A DNA stretch of 63,473 nucleotides, filler included, from Octopus bimaculoides (GCF_001194135.2; 5 parts of 5 records of this genome joined end to end with filler, not necessarily neighbours in it), one strand, 5' to 3'. Positions 23,898 through 37,158 are shown, counted from the whole stretch's first letter. Notes: generated by a model from the sequence alone, not told the origin. Program-made: numbers and translations.

Positions 23898-24059
23898 GCC
23901 ATTTATATTATTATTCAAATTCTCTGGAAAAATTATTATATATATTTATATATATATATATATATATACATATATGTATAAACATATATGTGTGTGTATG
24001 TTTGCTTGTATGTGTATGTGTTTGTGTGTGTGTGTATGTATGTGTGTGGTGTGCCTCTG

Positions 24060-24280
24060 TCTGTATATCTGTGTGTGTTTGTCTGTGTTTGTCTCCCATC
24101 ACCGCTTAACAACTAGTATCGGTGTGTTTACACCCTCGTAAGTTAGCGGTTCGGCAAACAAACCGAAAGAATAAGTACCGGATCTAGAAAAAAAAAGTAC
24201 CGGGTCGATCCATTCCAATAAAAATTCTTCGAGGTGGTGATGCATCATGGTTTCAGTCTAAGAACTGAAACAAGCAAATA
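24060..24280 (+). mobile_element. SINE family C 3' half
   Basis: GTAAGTTAGCGGTTCGGCAAA...GAATAAGTACC...ACTGAAACAAG. Confidence 0.85.
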
Positions 24281-24285
24281 AGAAA

Positions 24286-24430
<145 letters not shown>

Positions 24431-24566
24431 ATACATATGTGCACACGCGCGGGTGTGACTGGTGAAAAGTCTGTCCAGGTAATATAACTTACGAAAGTCC
24501 GGAAAGGTGGAAGCTGATAAACAAAGAACAAGCGTAGGCGTAAGCATGTGCAGAGGTTCTAAAACA

Positions 24567-24631
<65 letters not shown>

Positions 24632-25344
24632 NNNNNNNNNNNNNNNNNNNNNNNNNNNNNNNNNNNNNNNNNNNNNNNNNNNNNNNNNNNNNNNNNNNNN
24701 NNNNNNNNNNNNNNNNNNNNNNNNNNNNNNNNNNNNNNNNNNNNNNNNNNNNNNNNNNNNNNNNNNNNNNNNNNNNNNNNNNNNNNNNNNNNNNNNNNNN
24801 NNNNNNNNNNNNNNNNNNNNNNNNNNNNNNNNNNNNNNNNNNNNNNNNNNNNNNNNNNNNNNNNNNNNNNNNNNNNNNNNNNNNNNNNNNNNNNNNNNNN
24901 NNNNNNNNNNNNNNNNNNNNNNNNNNNNNAAGTATTCAAAGATGCAAATTGGCAAAATCCAGGTGTAGTTTCTAGAGGTGAATTATGCGAGAGGGATAGA
25001 ACCGAAGAAAGTAGAATCGGAGCCTTTGGTGCGTTAATCGTTTGTTGAAGGAAAAAGGCAGGAAGAAAGAAATATCTTTTGATTGAAAGTGAAACAAAAG
25101 AGACGAGGAGAATTAGAAGTGTGTGTGTGTGTGTGTGTGGGGGGGGTGTAGGTGTGTGAGTGTGTGTGCGTGTGCTAGCGAGCTAAAGAATTGGTAGCAG
25201 GGAAGGTGTTAAATACAGTTGTTAAACAAAGATGGAGTGAAGGTGTGTAGTGAGAAAGTGTGAGGCTAGGGTAGGGAAGAAAATGTTAGTGTGATGGAGG
25301 TGCAAAGGTCGTGCGTGCGCGAGGGTTAAAAGGGACAAAGAGAA

Positions 25345-25400
<56 letters not shown>

Positions 25401-26187
25401 AATTCCAGTGATTTCTATTGCACCCCTTAAAGTCAAACAAATCGACCACATTGCTTTTAACTTTGGTACATTATTTTCGGTAACTTTTGACGAACCGCTC
25501 AGTTAGGAGGGGGGCTGGCGTCAACAAAACAATAGCAGTTCTAAAGTGGTATCGTGGCCAAATAGAAACCCAAAACAATATATTTGCTCACTGTACTTTA
25601 CTATTAATCAACACCTTATAAAGCACATACGTGTCTTCCATACTACCCCATACTCTCCCTTCCTAAACATCTACTACCCCTCTTTACCAACACCACCCGT
25701 AATTATAATTCACATGCACCCATGTACTCCAGCAAGATAATAGCTGGCCACAAACTATTTGAAGTCGAAAAGAGCCAAACTAAACTACCATCTGATGAAA
25801 CCGAGCAAGCCAAAATTTTAAGGAACTGCCAATCCCTTCCCTTTTTAATTACGTAATCAGTTTAACACTAAAGTTCTTCTGTATAATTTAAGACAGCCGC
25901 ATGGCTAAAACAAAAGAATATATATACATCCATGATATGGCTTTGTATATTCTCTTCTATATCTATGTAAGTATGTATATATATATATTATATGTAGTAT
26001 GTAATTTGTATACTATTATATATTTACTACGGATTACTTGCAGCTAAATTTCTTCCTACACTTCAATCTCTGGATCTTATACACACACACAGACACAGAC
26101 ACAGACACACACACAGACACACACACAGACACACACACACAGACACACACACACACACACATACACACACATACATACATACATACA

Positions 26188-26217
<30 letters not shown>

Positions 26218-26219
<2 letters not shown>

Positions 26220-26392
26220 CGACGGGGTTCTTTTAGTTTCCGTCTTCCGAACCCACTCCCAAAGCTGTGGTCGGTCCGAGGCTACAGTAGAAGATATTTT
26301 TCCCAGGGTGCAACGTAGTGAGACTGAAACTGGAATCATGTGGTTTGAATCCTATCTTCATACGACACAGCCACGCTTGCGCCTTTATAATA
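26218..26392 (-). mobile_element. SINE family C 5' half
   Basis: GACGGGGTTCTTTTAGTTTCCGTC...CACAGCCACGCTTGCGCCTT; continues into an expanded (CA)/(CATA) array at 26085-26217. Confidence 0.85.
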
Positions 26393-26894
26393 TACATATG
26401 TAAATATAAAGCTAAAAAAGTAAATAAAGCTGGAAAAGGCACAGAAATATATTTTAGAGAATGTTTAATATTTTTGTTGTCTGGGGAGAATCATTTTCTG
26501 TTAATGCTTTATAATTTAACACACTCACCGGTAAAATTTCCACTCATTTAAGTTGCGTCTTGCAACCTTTTCAACAGTTGTTGACAATAGTTGTTTTGTA
26601 ACAGTGAATGACTTAAAATATAACCGGTTTCGATGTATCCATCTTATCAAATATTGATAGGCATTTTTTTTTTGGAAGTCAGAGAGAAAAATATTTGGGG
26701 GATTAACAGTTTGTACCCATGTTTTAGTTATGTGTGGGTGTGTGTGTGTGTGCGTGTGTGTGTGTGTGAGTGTATGTGTGTGTGTTTGTGTGTGTATGTT
26801 CGTATACAATGTTCATATAACAACTGTATACCTCACATATAATACGATCACTTTGAGTTGATCACTTTGAGCGAGAAACAAATAGACAAACCAT

Positions 26895-27452
26895 GCAGTG
26901 GAAACACATCTCATCTCCTGCTTCAAAGAATGCCAAGGTCGCTTGATCTGCAGAGAAGGTGATGGCCTCGGGTTCTGGGACGCAAAAGGCATTGTGTTTA
27001 TTGGCTATCTTCTGAGCACTATGCCAAAATGCCGAGGTAGATACGAAAGGCTATCTAGAGCAAACGGCCAGGAAAACTGACGTAAGAGGTTTTGTTTCAT
27101 TAGGGCAATGCTCCAGCACACAAGTCCTTGATTTCAATGACTTCTGTGCAGGACTGGCTTTGAACTGATTGATCAGCGTCCCTATTCTCCTTACTTGGCC
27201 CCATCTGACTATCATTTGTTTTCCTACATTAAAAAGCACTTGGCTGTGAACCAGCATTGCAGTGATGATATCAAATCTGATGTTGATGGCGTTTTAGATC
27301 AACAGGATGAAAGCTTCTTCACCAATGTTATCTAAGCACAGCTACACCGATGATGAAACCGCAAGGGGGGGGGGGCATGTTGAAAAATAAGCCTCATTCG
27401 GTCACTTTCTCTGAGAGTATGTTGGTCAGCCGAGGAACTTTTCAGCCAACCT
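26895..27452 (+). mobile_element. mariner (DD34D) 3' half, degenerate
   Basis: WDAKGIVFI, F.QGNAPAHKS, PYSP.LAPSDYHLF, and a TIR-like end. Confidence 0.9.
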
Positions 27453-29061
27453 ATGAAATTATTGTGTTGCTTTTGTTATTGTTTAAATTAATTTTCTTGA
27501 TATATTTCATATTGCTATTATTGCTATTATTATTACTTTTTTTATTAGGTTTTATCAATTTTATTATTTCCAATTTCACTGCTGTATCAATCTGCAATCT
27601 CTCTTTCCGTACATCCATATTTAAAAAAAAATCCCCTGCAAAATGGGAACGTTAACAATAGAAGCAGTACTGATGACAGCACAAAGCTAACATACACATA
27701 CAGTCAATACACTGAAGTTTCGAACAAAAGTAAATTGATGACTGTTATCGTTTAAATCTAACGGACAAACGCTATATTAAAGAGATTAATGCTTACAACA
27801 CACACATTGACTCCTCCTATAACAATAAATCATGTCAATATTATTTGAATTTCAAGATTAGACGATGAAGATCTAAAAACATTCATTAAGGATTTAGGAA
27901 TTTAATGTGCCAAACAAACTTCAAGAAAATCATGTGAAATATGAAGAAAGTTTTTAAAAAATGAGAAAACTAGAACACACACACACGCACATACGTACAC
28001 ACACACATACGTACGTATGTATGTATGTTTGTATGTATGTATGTATGTATGTATGTATGTATGTATGCATGCATGTATGTATGTATGTATGTAAATGTAC
28101 ATGTATAAATGAATGCGTGATTTTATATTTGTGACAACTTAATATAAATAAACAGACGAAGAGTAGGTCATATACATATAATACTTATATTGTAAGAAAT
28201 TATTAATTAGCAGTATTAAGGAATCATGTTATAGATTATATACCCAAACAAACATTATATATCCAAACAAACATTATATACCAAACAAATATTGTTTCAG
28301 CAGTAAATTAACAAAAAAATGTTATTCGCGTGTATGTGAGGATTATTTTTCAAAAGAATAAATAATATCATTGAGAAAATAATGTTTAATTTGAATTTTT
28401 GTTGGAAGTATTGTAAAGTATATCTGAGTGAGTCATCCTTGATGCAGTTATCATAACAATTCAAGTGTGCCTAGTTTAGCAGAGTGGTTCAGCTAATGTT
28501 TACTTATGAAATCAAATATAATATAGAAATATATATCAGAACTGGTGGACACGCATAGCGAAATACATAGATATAGAATATACATAGATGCATAGATATC
28601 TAGATACATAGATATCTAGATACATACATACATGCATGCATACATACACACATATACTTAAATTTATATATGTATGTATATTACTATATGTATATCATTA
28701 TATGTAAATTATGTATTAATATATGCATATATATGTACGTATTTATATATAAATATATGCAAATATTTAGGCGGGAATTTTCATGTATTTATATATATGT
28801 ATATATATATATAGATAGATAGATTGATATGTATCTATATAAGTATATGTACAGATATATGAACACACACACACACACACACGCACACACACACACACAC
28901 ACACAGACATATATATATACACACATTATATACATACACGTAGTTATATACATATACATATATGTGTGTATGCATTTATGTTAGTGCGCATATGCGCATA
29001 TTTCCGTTTTGTTTTCACTGGCAGAAAGAAATTCATTAACTCTTCTCGGTCTTTAGCTGTA

Positions 29062-29093
<32 letters not shown>

Positions 29094-29277
29094 TCCCTAT
29101 CTCACCTTCTCTCTCTTACACGCACATCCACACATACTCAATTTCTCTTTAGTCTATGAAATTCAGGTGGATTTATTGCCTTCTGCAATACAAACACCGA
29201 CGTAAGATTAGTTGCCATTTACAATTCCTTTAAAAATTATCCCTCACACACACACACACACACACGTATGTATGTCC

Positions 29278-29940
29278 TCTTTCTGTCTTCAGAGCAAATT
29301 TTGATCGGCCACCTACTTGGTAGCAAGGTTGTATTTTAACCATCATTTGAATCATAAGAAGGTTTTGTAGGTTCTTATAACCCGGATATCGCGATCATTA
29401 GTAACATATAAATTAAGGACTTACATTCTCACCCCAAGATCTCAAATTCAGCTGTATTTTGCTCCAGACGTGTTAGTATGTATTCTGTTGCTCCAATAAT
29501 AATGGGTATGAAGCTTAAGTGTACCTTGGGTACTAGTTTTGCAAATTTCTTATGAATGGTCCAAAGATGTTCTCTTTCTCTTGTAGTTTCCTAACCTTAT
29601 TTGTGTCCAGAGGGCAGCTGATTTCCTGAACAGAACGTGTTCCCACACGTTCTTTGTGGTCCCACGCAACAATATATGGTTATTTTCAATTTTTATGTTC
29701 CACCTATATCCTTTTGACCCATTGGTCTCAATATGGTCAACTTCATTTGTAGGTATTTTCTTTTTGTTATCCTGTTCTAGACCGTTCTGGCCACCGCATT
29801 ATGCTTGGTTGGTACATAACATCTGAAAGACATCCTCTCACAGTTGGCAATAACGTGGTTGATGTCTTCAGTCTCAGTCTTGCATAGCCTACATTTATTG
29901 ACTGTCAACGTTGACTGCCTTTTCTGCTGTAAGTACTTGA
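29278..29940 (-). mobile_element. R4/Dong-type LINE 3' fragment
   Basis: CRLCKTETEDINHVIANCERMS...HNAVAR; REL WDHKERV...EISCPLDTN...EKENIFGP...FIPIIIGA. Confidence 0.88.
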
Positions 29941-29967
29941 TATGTATGTATGCATGTATGTATGTAT

Positions 29968-30358
29968 GGAGGTGCAATGGCCCACTGGTTAGGGCAGCGG
30001 ACTCGCGATCATAGGATCGCGGTTTCGATTCCCAGACCGGGCGTTGTGAGTGTTTATTGAGCGAAAACACCTAAAAGCCCCACGAGGCTCCGACAGGGGA
30101 TGGTGGCGAACTCTGCTGTACTCTTTCACCACAACTTTCTCTCACTCTTACTTCCTGTTTCTGCTGTGCCTGTAATTCAAAGAGTCAGCCTTGTCACACT
30201 GTGTCACGCTGAATATCCCCGAGAACTACGTTAAGGGTACACGTGTCTGTGGAGTGCTCAGCCGCTTGCACGTTAATTTCACGAGCAGGCTGTTCCGTTG
30301 ATCGGATCAACTGGAACCTTCGACGTCGTAAGCGACGGAGTGCCAACAACAACAACAA
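29968..30358 (+). mobile_element. SINE family B, full length, young-looking, (AAC)n tail
   Basis: A-box TGGCCCACTGG, B-box GGTTTCGATTCCC; (TATG)n on both sides. Confidence 0.93.
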
Positions 30359-30544
30359 TGTATGTATGTATGTATGTATGTATGTATGTATGTATGTATC
30401 AATTCTGTATTTGTGTATTAAGCATGCTGCCAATGGTTTCATACAGAAATTGCGCAATTTTTCAGGCGTTCCACTTACGAATATAGGTAATCGATCTCTT
30501 AAGATTTAAACGACATTTTACATTTCAACGTCTTTTCGCTACAG

Positions 30545-30552
30545 ATGAACAG
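30545..30552 (+). other. candidate 8-nt microexon ATGAACAG
   Basis: TTTTACATTTCAACGTCTTTTCGCTACAG|ATGAACAG|GTAAGG. Confidence 0.2.
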
Positions 30553-30649
30553 GTAAGGGCAAGTAACTCATGTAGGGATTTATTGAATTGATATCTCTTT
30601 CCACTGGCCATTGCTTTTTACAAGTATTGGTAAAATTTTCGTTGATTAT

Positions 30650-31146
30650 GCGTTCAACATAGTTTAATTACTCCAGCCACCGAATCGGTAGAAAAGTTTT
30701 GTTTTAACCATCATTCTTTAAATCTTAACAAGGTCTTGCAGATTTTTATAATCCCAAATATCACGATCATTTATAGTGTATGAATTAAGGAGGTGCATTC
30801 TCTCCCCAAGAACCCAAATTCATCCATTCTTTGCTGCAGGCGGGTATGTATCCAAAACTAATTGGTATGAAACTGAAGGTGTATCTTAGGTACTGGCTTT
30901 GCAAACTCCTTATCGATGGTGGTCCATAGATGTTCTCTTTCTATTGTGTATTTCTAAGAACATTCGCGTTCAGACAGCAGCTGATTTCCACAACAAAACA
31001 TATCTTTTCCCCGTGGTTCCACACAACAGTATCTGGCCGGTTGTGTTTTAACTTAGTGGCTGTTCTAATTTTCGAGTTCCACTAATATTCTTTCGAACCA
31101 TCGGTCTCAATACGGTCAACTTCGTTTGTAGGTATTTTCTTTTTTG
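30650..31146 (-). mobile_element. R4/Dong-type LINE 3' fragment, paralog of 29278-29790
   Basis: Alignable by eye, for example TGGTCTCAATA(T/C)GGTCAACTTC(A/G)TTTGTAGGTATTTTC. Confidence 0.85.
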
Positions 31147-31504
31147 TATGTATGTATGTATGTATGTATGTATGTATGTATGTATGTATTTCATTGTGTG
31201 TGTGCATGTGTGTGAATGTAAGCCTATGTTTACGCCTCCTTGTCTTGACATCACGTGTTATAAATGAATGTTATATATTTCCAATATTCTATGAAAACAT
31301 CTGGCCAGAGGAAACATAACGTTGCTAGGAAAATCACTTAATGCATTCATTCTCCTTCACCGAGTATATTTAGTCATTAAAATTGAATGAAACATACCAT
31401 TTGAATTAGAATGGTATATCACAAGTATTGCTCGGTCACGAAAACGGGAGAACGAGCAGATTACGTATGCTAGAAAACCTCAGTATATTACAAGAAGATA
31501 AGAC

Positions 31505-31660
31505 GGGGAGCTGGCAGAATGGTTCGAATTCCACCGAAGTGACATTACCTTTCATCCTATCGGGGTCGATGAAATAAGTACCCGCTGAGCACTGGGGTCG
31601 ATGTAATCGACTAGCCCCATCCCCGTAAATGTCAAACCTTCTGCCTATAGTGGAAAGGAA
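31505..31660 (+). mobile_element. SINE family A with internal deletion
   Basis: GAGCTGGCAGAAT joined to TTCGAATTCCACCGAAG; core; TATAGTGGAAAGG tail. Confidence 0.8.
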
Positions 31661-31923
31661 TATATTTTAGGAAGATAAAAACCTCCTTTGTAGGAGAGGT
31701 AGAAGTATACTACCCAGTTTTGACATCATTTTTTAAACTTCTAGATTCCTAAAACCATAAAGCAACTAGAATAATTACGAAATAAAAATTCGCAGCACGA
31801 AATCTATCCGTAATATAGTGTAATAAAATTTTAACTAATACAGTGATACTTTTAGAACTCTAGCAATAATAATTTCAGGTACTAACGAAAGTTTCAAAAA
31901 CATAGTCTCTGTCTGTCTGTCTG

Positions 31924-31956
<33 letters not shown>

Positions 31957-32223
31957 ATGTCTCTCTCTCTGTCTCTGTCTCTCTCTTTCTCTCTCTCTCT
32001 CTGGCTCTCTGTCTGTCTATCTGTCTGTCTGTCTCTCTTTCTTACTCTCTCTCTAATGTATGATCTATTGCTTGTGTGCAATAGCCGTACACCGTAGTCA
32101 ATTATGAGTGAACGGTTGCTTGGAACAATATATATAGGAGATTAGTTATATATTTATGTATAGCTATAAAAGCGGGCACGTAAATATACCGGAATATAAA
32201 TATACCAGGATATAAGGATATAA

Positions 32224-32267
<44 letters not shown>

Positions 32268-32269
32268 AT

Positions 32270-32780
32270 GTACCTTTATTCTTTTAAGGTTTCAGCCATA
32301 AGACTGTGGCCATGCTGGAGTGCGGCCAATAAAGCCCTTGTCTTTTATCTTCTACTTGCTTCAGTCATTAGCCTGTGGCTATGCTGGGGCACTACATTGA
32401 AGACCATTAATCGACGGAATCGACTCCATTACATTTTTTAAAGCGTAGTACTTATTCTATCGCTTACTTTTGCCTAACCGCTATGTCACGTGTACTTAAA
32501 ACACATTGACATTGGTTGTCAAGCGATGGAGGTAGGTGGGGGACAGAGACAGAAAGATACATATACACACATACAAACACACACACACACCCGCACTTAA
32601 GCACACGCACACATATATACAACGGACTTCTTTCAGTTTCGTCTACCATATCCACTCAAAAAGATTTGGTCAGCCAGAGGCTATCGTGGAAGATACTTGC
32701 CGAAGGTGCCTCGCAGTGGGGCTGAAATTCGAACCATATGTTTGGGAAGCAAACGTCTTACTACAATCATGTCTACATCT
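32270..32780 (-). mobile_element. SINE family C, full length
   Basis: GACTGTGGCCATGCTGGAG...GCAGTGGGGCTGAAATTCGAACCATATG; contains a short internal duplication of the tail. Confidence 0.88.
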
Positions 32781-32787
32781 ATACCTA

Positions 32788-32834
<47 letters not shown>

Positions 32835-32857
32835 ACATACATACATACATACATACA

Positions 32858-32891
<34 letters not shown>

Positions 32892-32900
32892 CATACATAT
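32781..32900. repeat. (ATCT)n-(ATAC)n microsatellite
   Basis: Direct inspection. Confidence 0.95.
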
Positions 32901-34804
32901 ACACAGCCAATGAAAAGAAGAGGACAAAGAAATTCTTTAACACATCTTTGAAGATGTGTTAAAGAATTTTCTTTGTCTTCTTTTCATTGGATTATTTACT
33001 TTTCGCCAAACCATATGACGGTATNNNNNNNNNNNNNNNNNNNNNNNNNNNNNNNNNNNNNNNNNNNNNNNNNNNNNNNNNNNNNNNNNNNNNNNNNNNN
33101 NNNNNNNNNNNNNNNNNNNNNNNNNNNNNNNNNNNNNNNNNNNNNNNNNNNNNNNNNNNNNNNNNNNNNNNNNNNNNNNNNNNNNNNNNNNNNNNNNNNN
33201 NNNNNNNNNNNNNNNNNNNNNNNNNNNNNNNNNNNNNNNNNNNNNNNNNNNNNNNNNNNNNNNNNNNNNNNNNNNNNNNNNNNNNNNNNNNNNNNNNNNN
33301 NNNNNNNNNNNNNNNNNNNNNNNNNNNNNNNNNNNNNNNNNNNNNNNNNNNNNNNNNNNNNNNNNNNNNNNNNNNNNNNNNNNNNNNNNNNNNNNNNNNN
33401 NNNNNNNNNNNNNNNNNNNNNNNNNNNNNNNNNNNNNNNNNNNNNNNNNNNNNNNNNNNNNNNNNNNNNNNNNNNNNNNNNNNNNNNNNNNNNNNNNNNN
33501 NNNNNNNNNNNNNNNNNNNNNNNNNNNNNNNNNNNNNNNNNNNNNNNNNNNNNNNNNNNNNNNNNNNNNNNNNNNNNNNNNNNNNNNNNNNNNNNNNNNN
33601 NNNNNNNNNNNNNNNNNNNNNNNNNNNNNNNNNNNNNNNNNNNNNNNNNNNNNNNNNNNNNNNNNNNNNNNNNNNNNNNNNNNNNNNNNNNNNNNNNNNN
33701 NNNNNNNNNNNNNNNNNNNNNNNNNNNNNNNNNNNNNNNNNNNNNAAATAAAGAAATAAAGAAAAAGAAAAAACTAGCAATCTAATCATTTTAATTAGCC
33801 ATGATTAATTAGTTGAAGAAGTAACACTTGACAGGGAGGTAATAGTCAACAACATTACAATTAAGCTGCAAAGAAAGCGAAAAATAAAATCAAATATCTT
33901 TTTTAAAAAATCAGCTACGGTAGATTTTTTTATTCTTTTCTCTCATTTTAGTTTAGTTTTGCCTAATTAGGAGTTGTTCGTAAAAAAAAAAAAAATACAA
34001 CTTCAGAATATGTGTATATATATTTCAGGTGTCAGCCCTAATCTGCTGTGTGTGTGTGCTAAGAACTGCAGTTATTTTGGATGATTGTGTATATTAATGT
34101 GTATCTCATTCTAGAAATGTAGTTTAACCTATAGAAAGAAACATCTGAGTTAGAGGCCTCAATTAATGCGAGTACTTTGTTATGGAAAGAGCGACTCTCT
34201 TTGATATTGGATAAACAGCAATTACTGAGGCAGAATGCTTGTGTGTTGGTATGTGGTAATAGTTATATGGAAGGTTACTGCATTGTCTCTTTCTGTCTTT
34301 GTGTCTGTGAATCTGCATGCATGTGTGTGGCAATGCAATTCATTCCCCTTGATTCGTTGTAGGTGTGTGTAAGTGCTTATACATAAATACACGCGTATAT
34401 ATATGTATATTCATATATGTGTGTGTATTTATGTATGTGCATATATATAACTGTAGACATATATAAACATATAAGCATATATATATATATATGTATATAG
34501 ATATAAATGTATATATACAGATAAGTGCCTGTATATATATATATATANNNNNNNNNNTATATATGTAATATATATATATATATAGTATATATATATATAT
34601 ATATAAACCTATGTACACACTCTCACACACACACACACCCTTATATCTATTATTCTCTGATGATGCTTCATAAATCCTGTTTTTAAGGCAATATCGTGTG
34701 ATGTTATTCAATGTTGAGATTTTTACCAGACAGCTCACCGAAAAACTTAATGTTTTGCATCTCATATCCTCACTGCATTATGTTACTGATTACTGCACTG
34801 AGCG

Positions 34805-34980
34805 CAACTTCGGGGCAAAGGGAAGTCAGTTACATCGACCCTAGTACTCGACTGGTATTTATTTTATCGAACTTGAAATGATGAAAGTTAAAATCGACCT
34901 CGGTGGAATTTGAACTCAGAATGTGAAGACGGACGAAATGCCGCTAAGCATTTTGCTTATGATTCTGTCAGCTCGCCGCC
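34805..34980 (-). mobile_element. SINE family A
   Basis: CCTCGGTGGAATTTGAACTCAGAATG...GCTCGCCGCC. Confidence 0.88.
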
Positions 34981-35019
34981 CAACAAATTCTTTAGAATAA
35001 AAGCTAAAGACCCTCTTCA

Positions 35020-35328
35020 GCCATTAATGACCATGGGATTGCACCTAGAAAGTTCTACTGCGAGGCACAAGTTCGGCAAGGTTGTTTATGGAAACCTGCA
35101 GTCCACCATGTATACCAGCCTCCCTTCTCTACGCCATTGATGTTATCCTAAGGAAAGGCAAACGCCGATACAACTTAGCACCAGTGACGTCGCATCTCAT
35201 CTCTATACCTGAGTGAACTGGAGCAACGTGAAATAAAATGTCTTACTCGAGAACAAGAGTCCGAGAATCGGACTCCCTACCTCATGATTGCGAGCTCGAC
35301 GCTCTAACCACTTAGCCATGCGCCTTCA
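35020..35328 (-). mobile_element. SINE family B variant with a third tail type
   Basis: GGAGCAACGTGAAATAAAATGTCTT centre and CTAACCACTTAGCCATGCGCCTTC head; distinct tail. Confidence 0.8.
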
Positions 35329-35589
35329 CCTAAAAATATTAATGAGTATAACTAACTACAGACTACCATTCTAATACATATATACTTGAATAACTTTAGA
35401 AGGAATAAAAACTTCAAGCAACACTCAGTAATCTAAATGCGTATTGGACTTTATCGTTTACTACTGAGTTAAGATCGGTGTTCCTGAGACGCTTGAGAAG
35501 TAGCTTGTTTAGATATATACAATCCATCGAAGATATCCTTCTAATCTTTAAATTTGATTTTTATGAGATACTTTGTGTGCGTGTATATA

Positions 35590-35757
35590 TATACGATGGG
35601 CTTCTTTCAATTTCTGTCTACGAAATCCACTCACAAGGCTTTGGTCGGCCAGAGGATATAGTAGAAGTCACTTGCCCAAGATACCACACAATAAGACTGA
35701 ACCCTGAACCATGTCGCTAAGAAGAAAGCTTCTTACCAAACAGCCACGCTGGTGCCT
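35590..35757 (-). mobile_element. SINE family C 5' half
   Basis: AAATCCACTCACAAGGCTTTGGTCGGCC...CACTTGCCCAAG...ACAGCCACGC. Confidence 0.85.
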
Positions 35758-36030
35758 ATATTGTAAGGTACGGCCGTAGTTTAATGACTGAAAAAAAGCA
35801 AATGGTAAGTATATGGATAAATACTAGATAATGAATTGAAAGACATTATTTTCTTGAAATTACTACAATTGTTTCAAACATTTTTTCACTCGTAGTACAT
35901 TGGTGAGATGATAAAATTAGCATGTGTAATCACCATCATCTATTAAAGGTGCAATATGCACCTCCTTGGATGACTTTTAAAATAAGTATTCGTTAGATCA
36001 CACCATCATTTTATTCTGTGAAAAGTATAT

Positions 36031-36140
36031 GCCTGTCTGTCTGCCTGTCTGTCTGCCTGTCTGTCTGCCTGTCTGTCTGCCTGTCTGTCTGCCTGTCTGT
36101 CTGCCTGTCTGCCTGTCTATCTGTCTGCCTATCTGTCTGT
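36031..36140. repeat. (GCCTGTCTGTCT)n 12-mer array
   Basis: About 7-8 units; a higher-order derivative of (GTCT)n. Confidence 0.9.
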
Positions 36141-36234
36141 ATGTATGTAATCGCTCCGATGGAGCTATAAGATGTTGCACAAACGCTCAAATCTGAGTAC
36201 AGTGCTTCTTATAGCAGGAACAGTGATAAGCTAA

Positions 36235-36448
36235 TGAAGTAGCGCAGATGACCTGCTGGATGCAGGAGGAAAGGGTGAGGGAAGGTTGTGGTGAAAGATC
36301 AGCAGAAGTTCGCCATTACCTTCTGCTGGAGCCGCATGGAGATTAGGTGTTTCGCTCGTAAACACACACATTGCCCTGTCTGAGATTTGAACCCGCGATC
36401 TCTCAACCGCAAGCCTGCTGCTCTTACCACTAGTCCATGTGCCTCTAC
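36235..36448 (-). mobile_element. SINE family B 5' part (29968-type)
   Basis: GTTGTGGTGAAAGA...TAGGTGTTTCGCTC is the reverse complement of 30055-30135. Confidence 0.8.
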
Positions 36449-36602
36449 TCACGTCAATATGCTTTCACTTAATTTTAAACGCGATTTCTCTACAATACTA
36501 TTTATAATCAAAGTCATTACATGACTCAGATGAGGTATTGATGGAATAGTTACAATGACTTTTGATTTAGACATAAGACCAGAAATTTTCGACAGGTATT
36601 GT

Positions 36603-36792
36603 AAGGTGACGAGCTGGTAGACTCGTTATCCTGCTGGACAAAATGCTTAGCGGCATTTCGTCCGTCTTTAATTTCGAATTCCACCGAAGCTGACTTTGCT
36701 TTTCATCCTTTCGTGTACTGAGCACTGGGGTCGAAGTAATCGACTTACTCCCTCCCCTGATATCGCTGGCCTTGTGCCAAAATTTGAAACCA
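36603..36792 (+). mobile_element. SINE family A
   Basis: Head, core and CCTTGTGCCAAAATTTGAAACC tail. Confidence 0.88.
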
Positions 36793-36949
36793 AAATTAGA
36801 CAGCTTTTGTATTTTATTGGTCCTGAGGGATGGAAAACAAAATAAGCCTATGCGGGTTGTGAACAGACAATATGAAAAGACGAAACAAATACTGCATGAC
36901 AGGGTTTCCAGCACTCTACTAACCTGCTGGGAGTAGTAAAATTAATCCT

Positions 36950-37158
36950 TCTTACTGTAGGCAGACGGCCTGAAATTCTTGGGGATGGACAAGTCGACTA
37001 CATCGACCCCAGTTCTGAACTGGTATCTATTTTATTGACCCCAAAAAGATGAAAAACGAAGTCGACTTCGGTGGAATATGAACTCGGAGCGTTAAGACAT
37101 GCCAAATGCCGTTAAGCATTCTTGTGAAGCGTGCTAACGATTCTGCCAGCTCACTGTC
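36950..37158 (-). mobile_element. SINE family A
   Basis: Full reverse-complement match. Confidence 0.85.

Noticed and set aside
23095-23981. Long ORFs of poly-YI/HT/CV/N/I/L
   Set aside because: Translations of (TATG)n, (TA)n and (ATT)n microsatellites; the same applies to most ORFs in the track.
29968-30045. tRNA-like heads as genuine tRNA genes
   Set aside because: A/B boxes continue into SINE bodies, and no complete cloverleaf or acceptor stem is evident.
32973-33789. Long ORFs containing X runs (also 11739-12500, 53926-55060, 58524-59207)
   Set aside because: Open only because they read through N gaps.
34363-34368. 6-nt microexon GTGTGT between TTGTAG and GTAAGT
   Set aside because: GT-repeat context makes such matches likely by chance; no other support.
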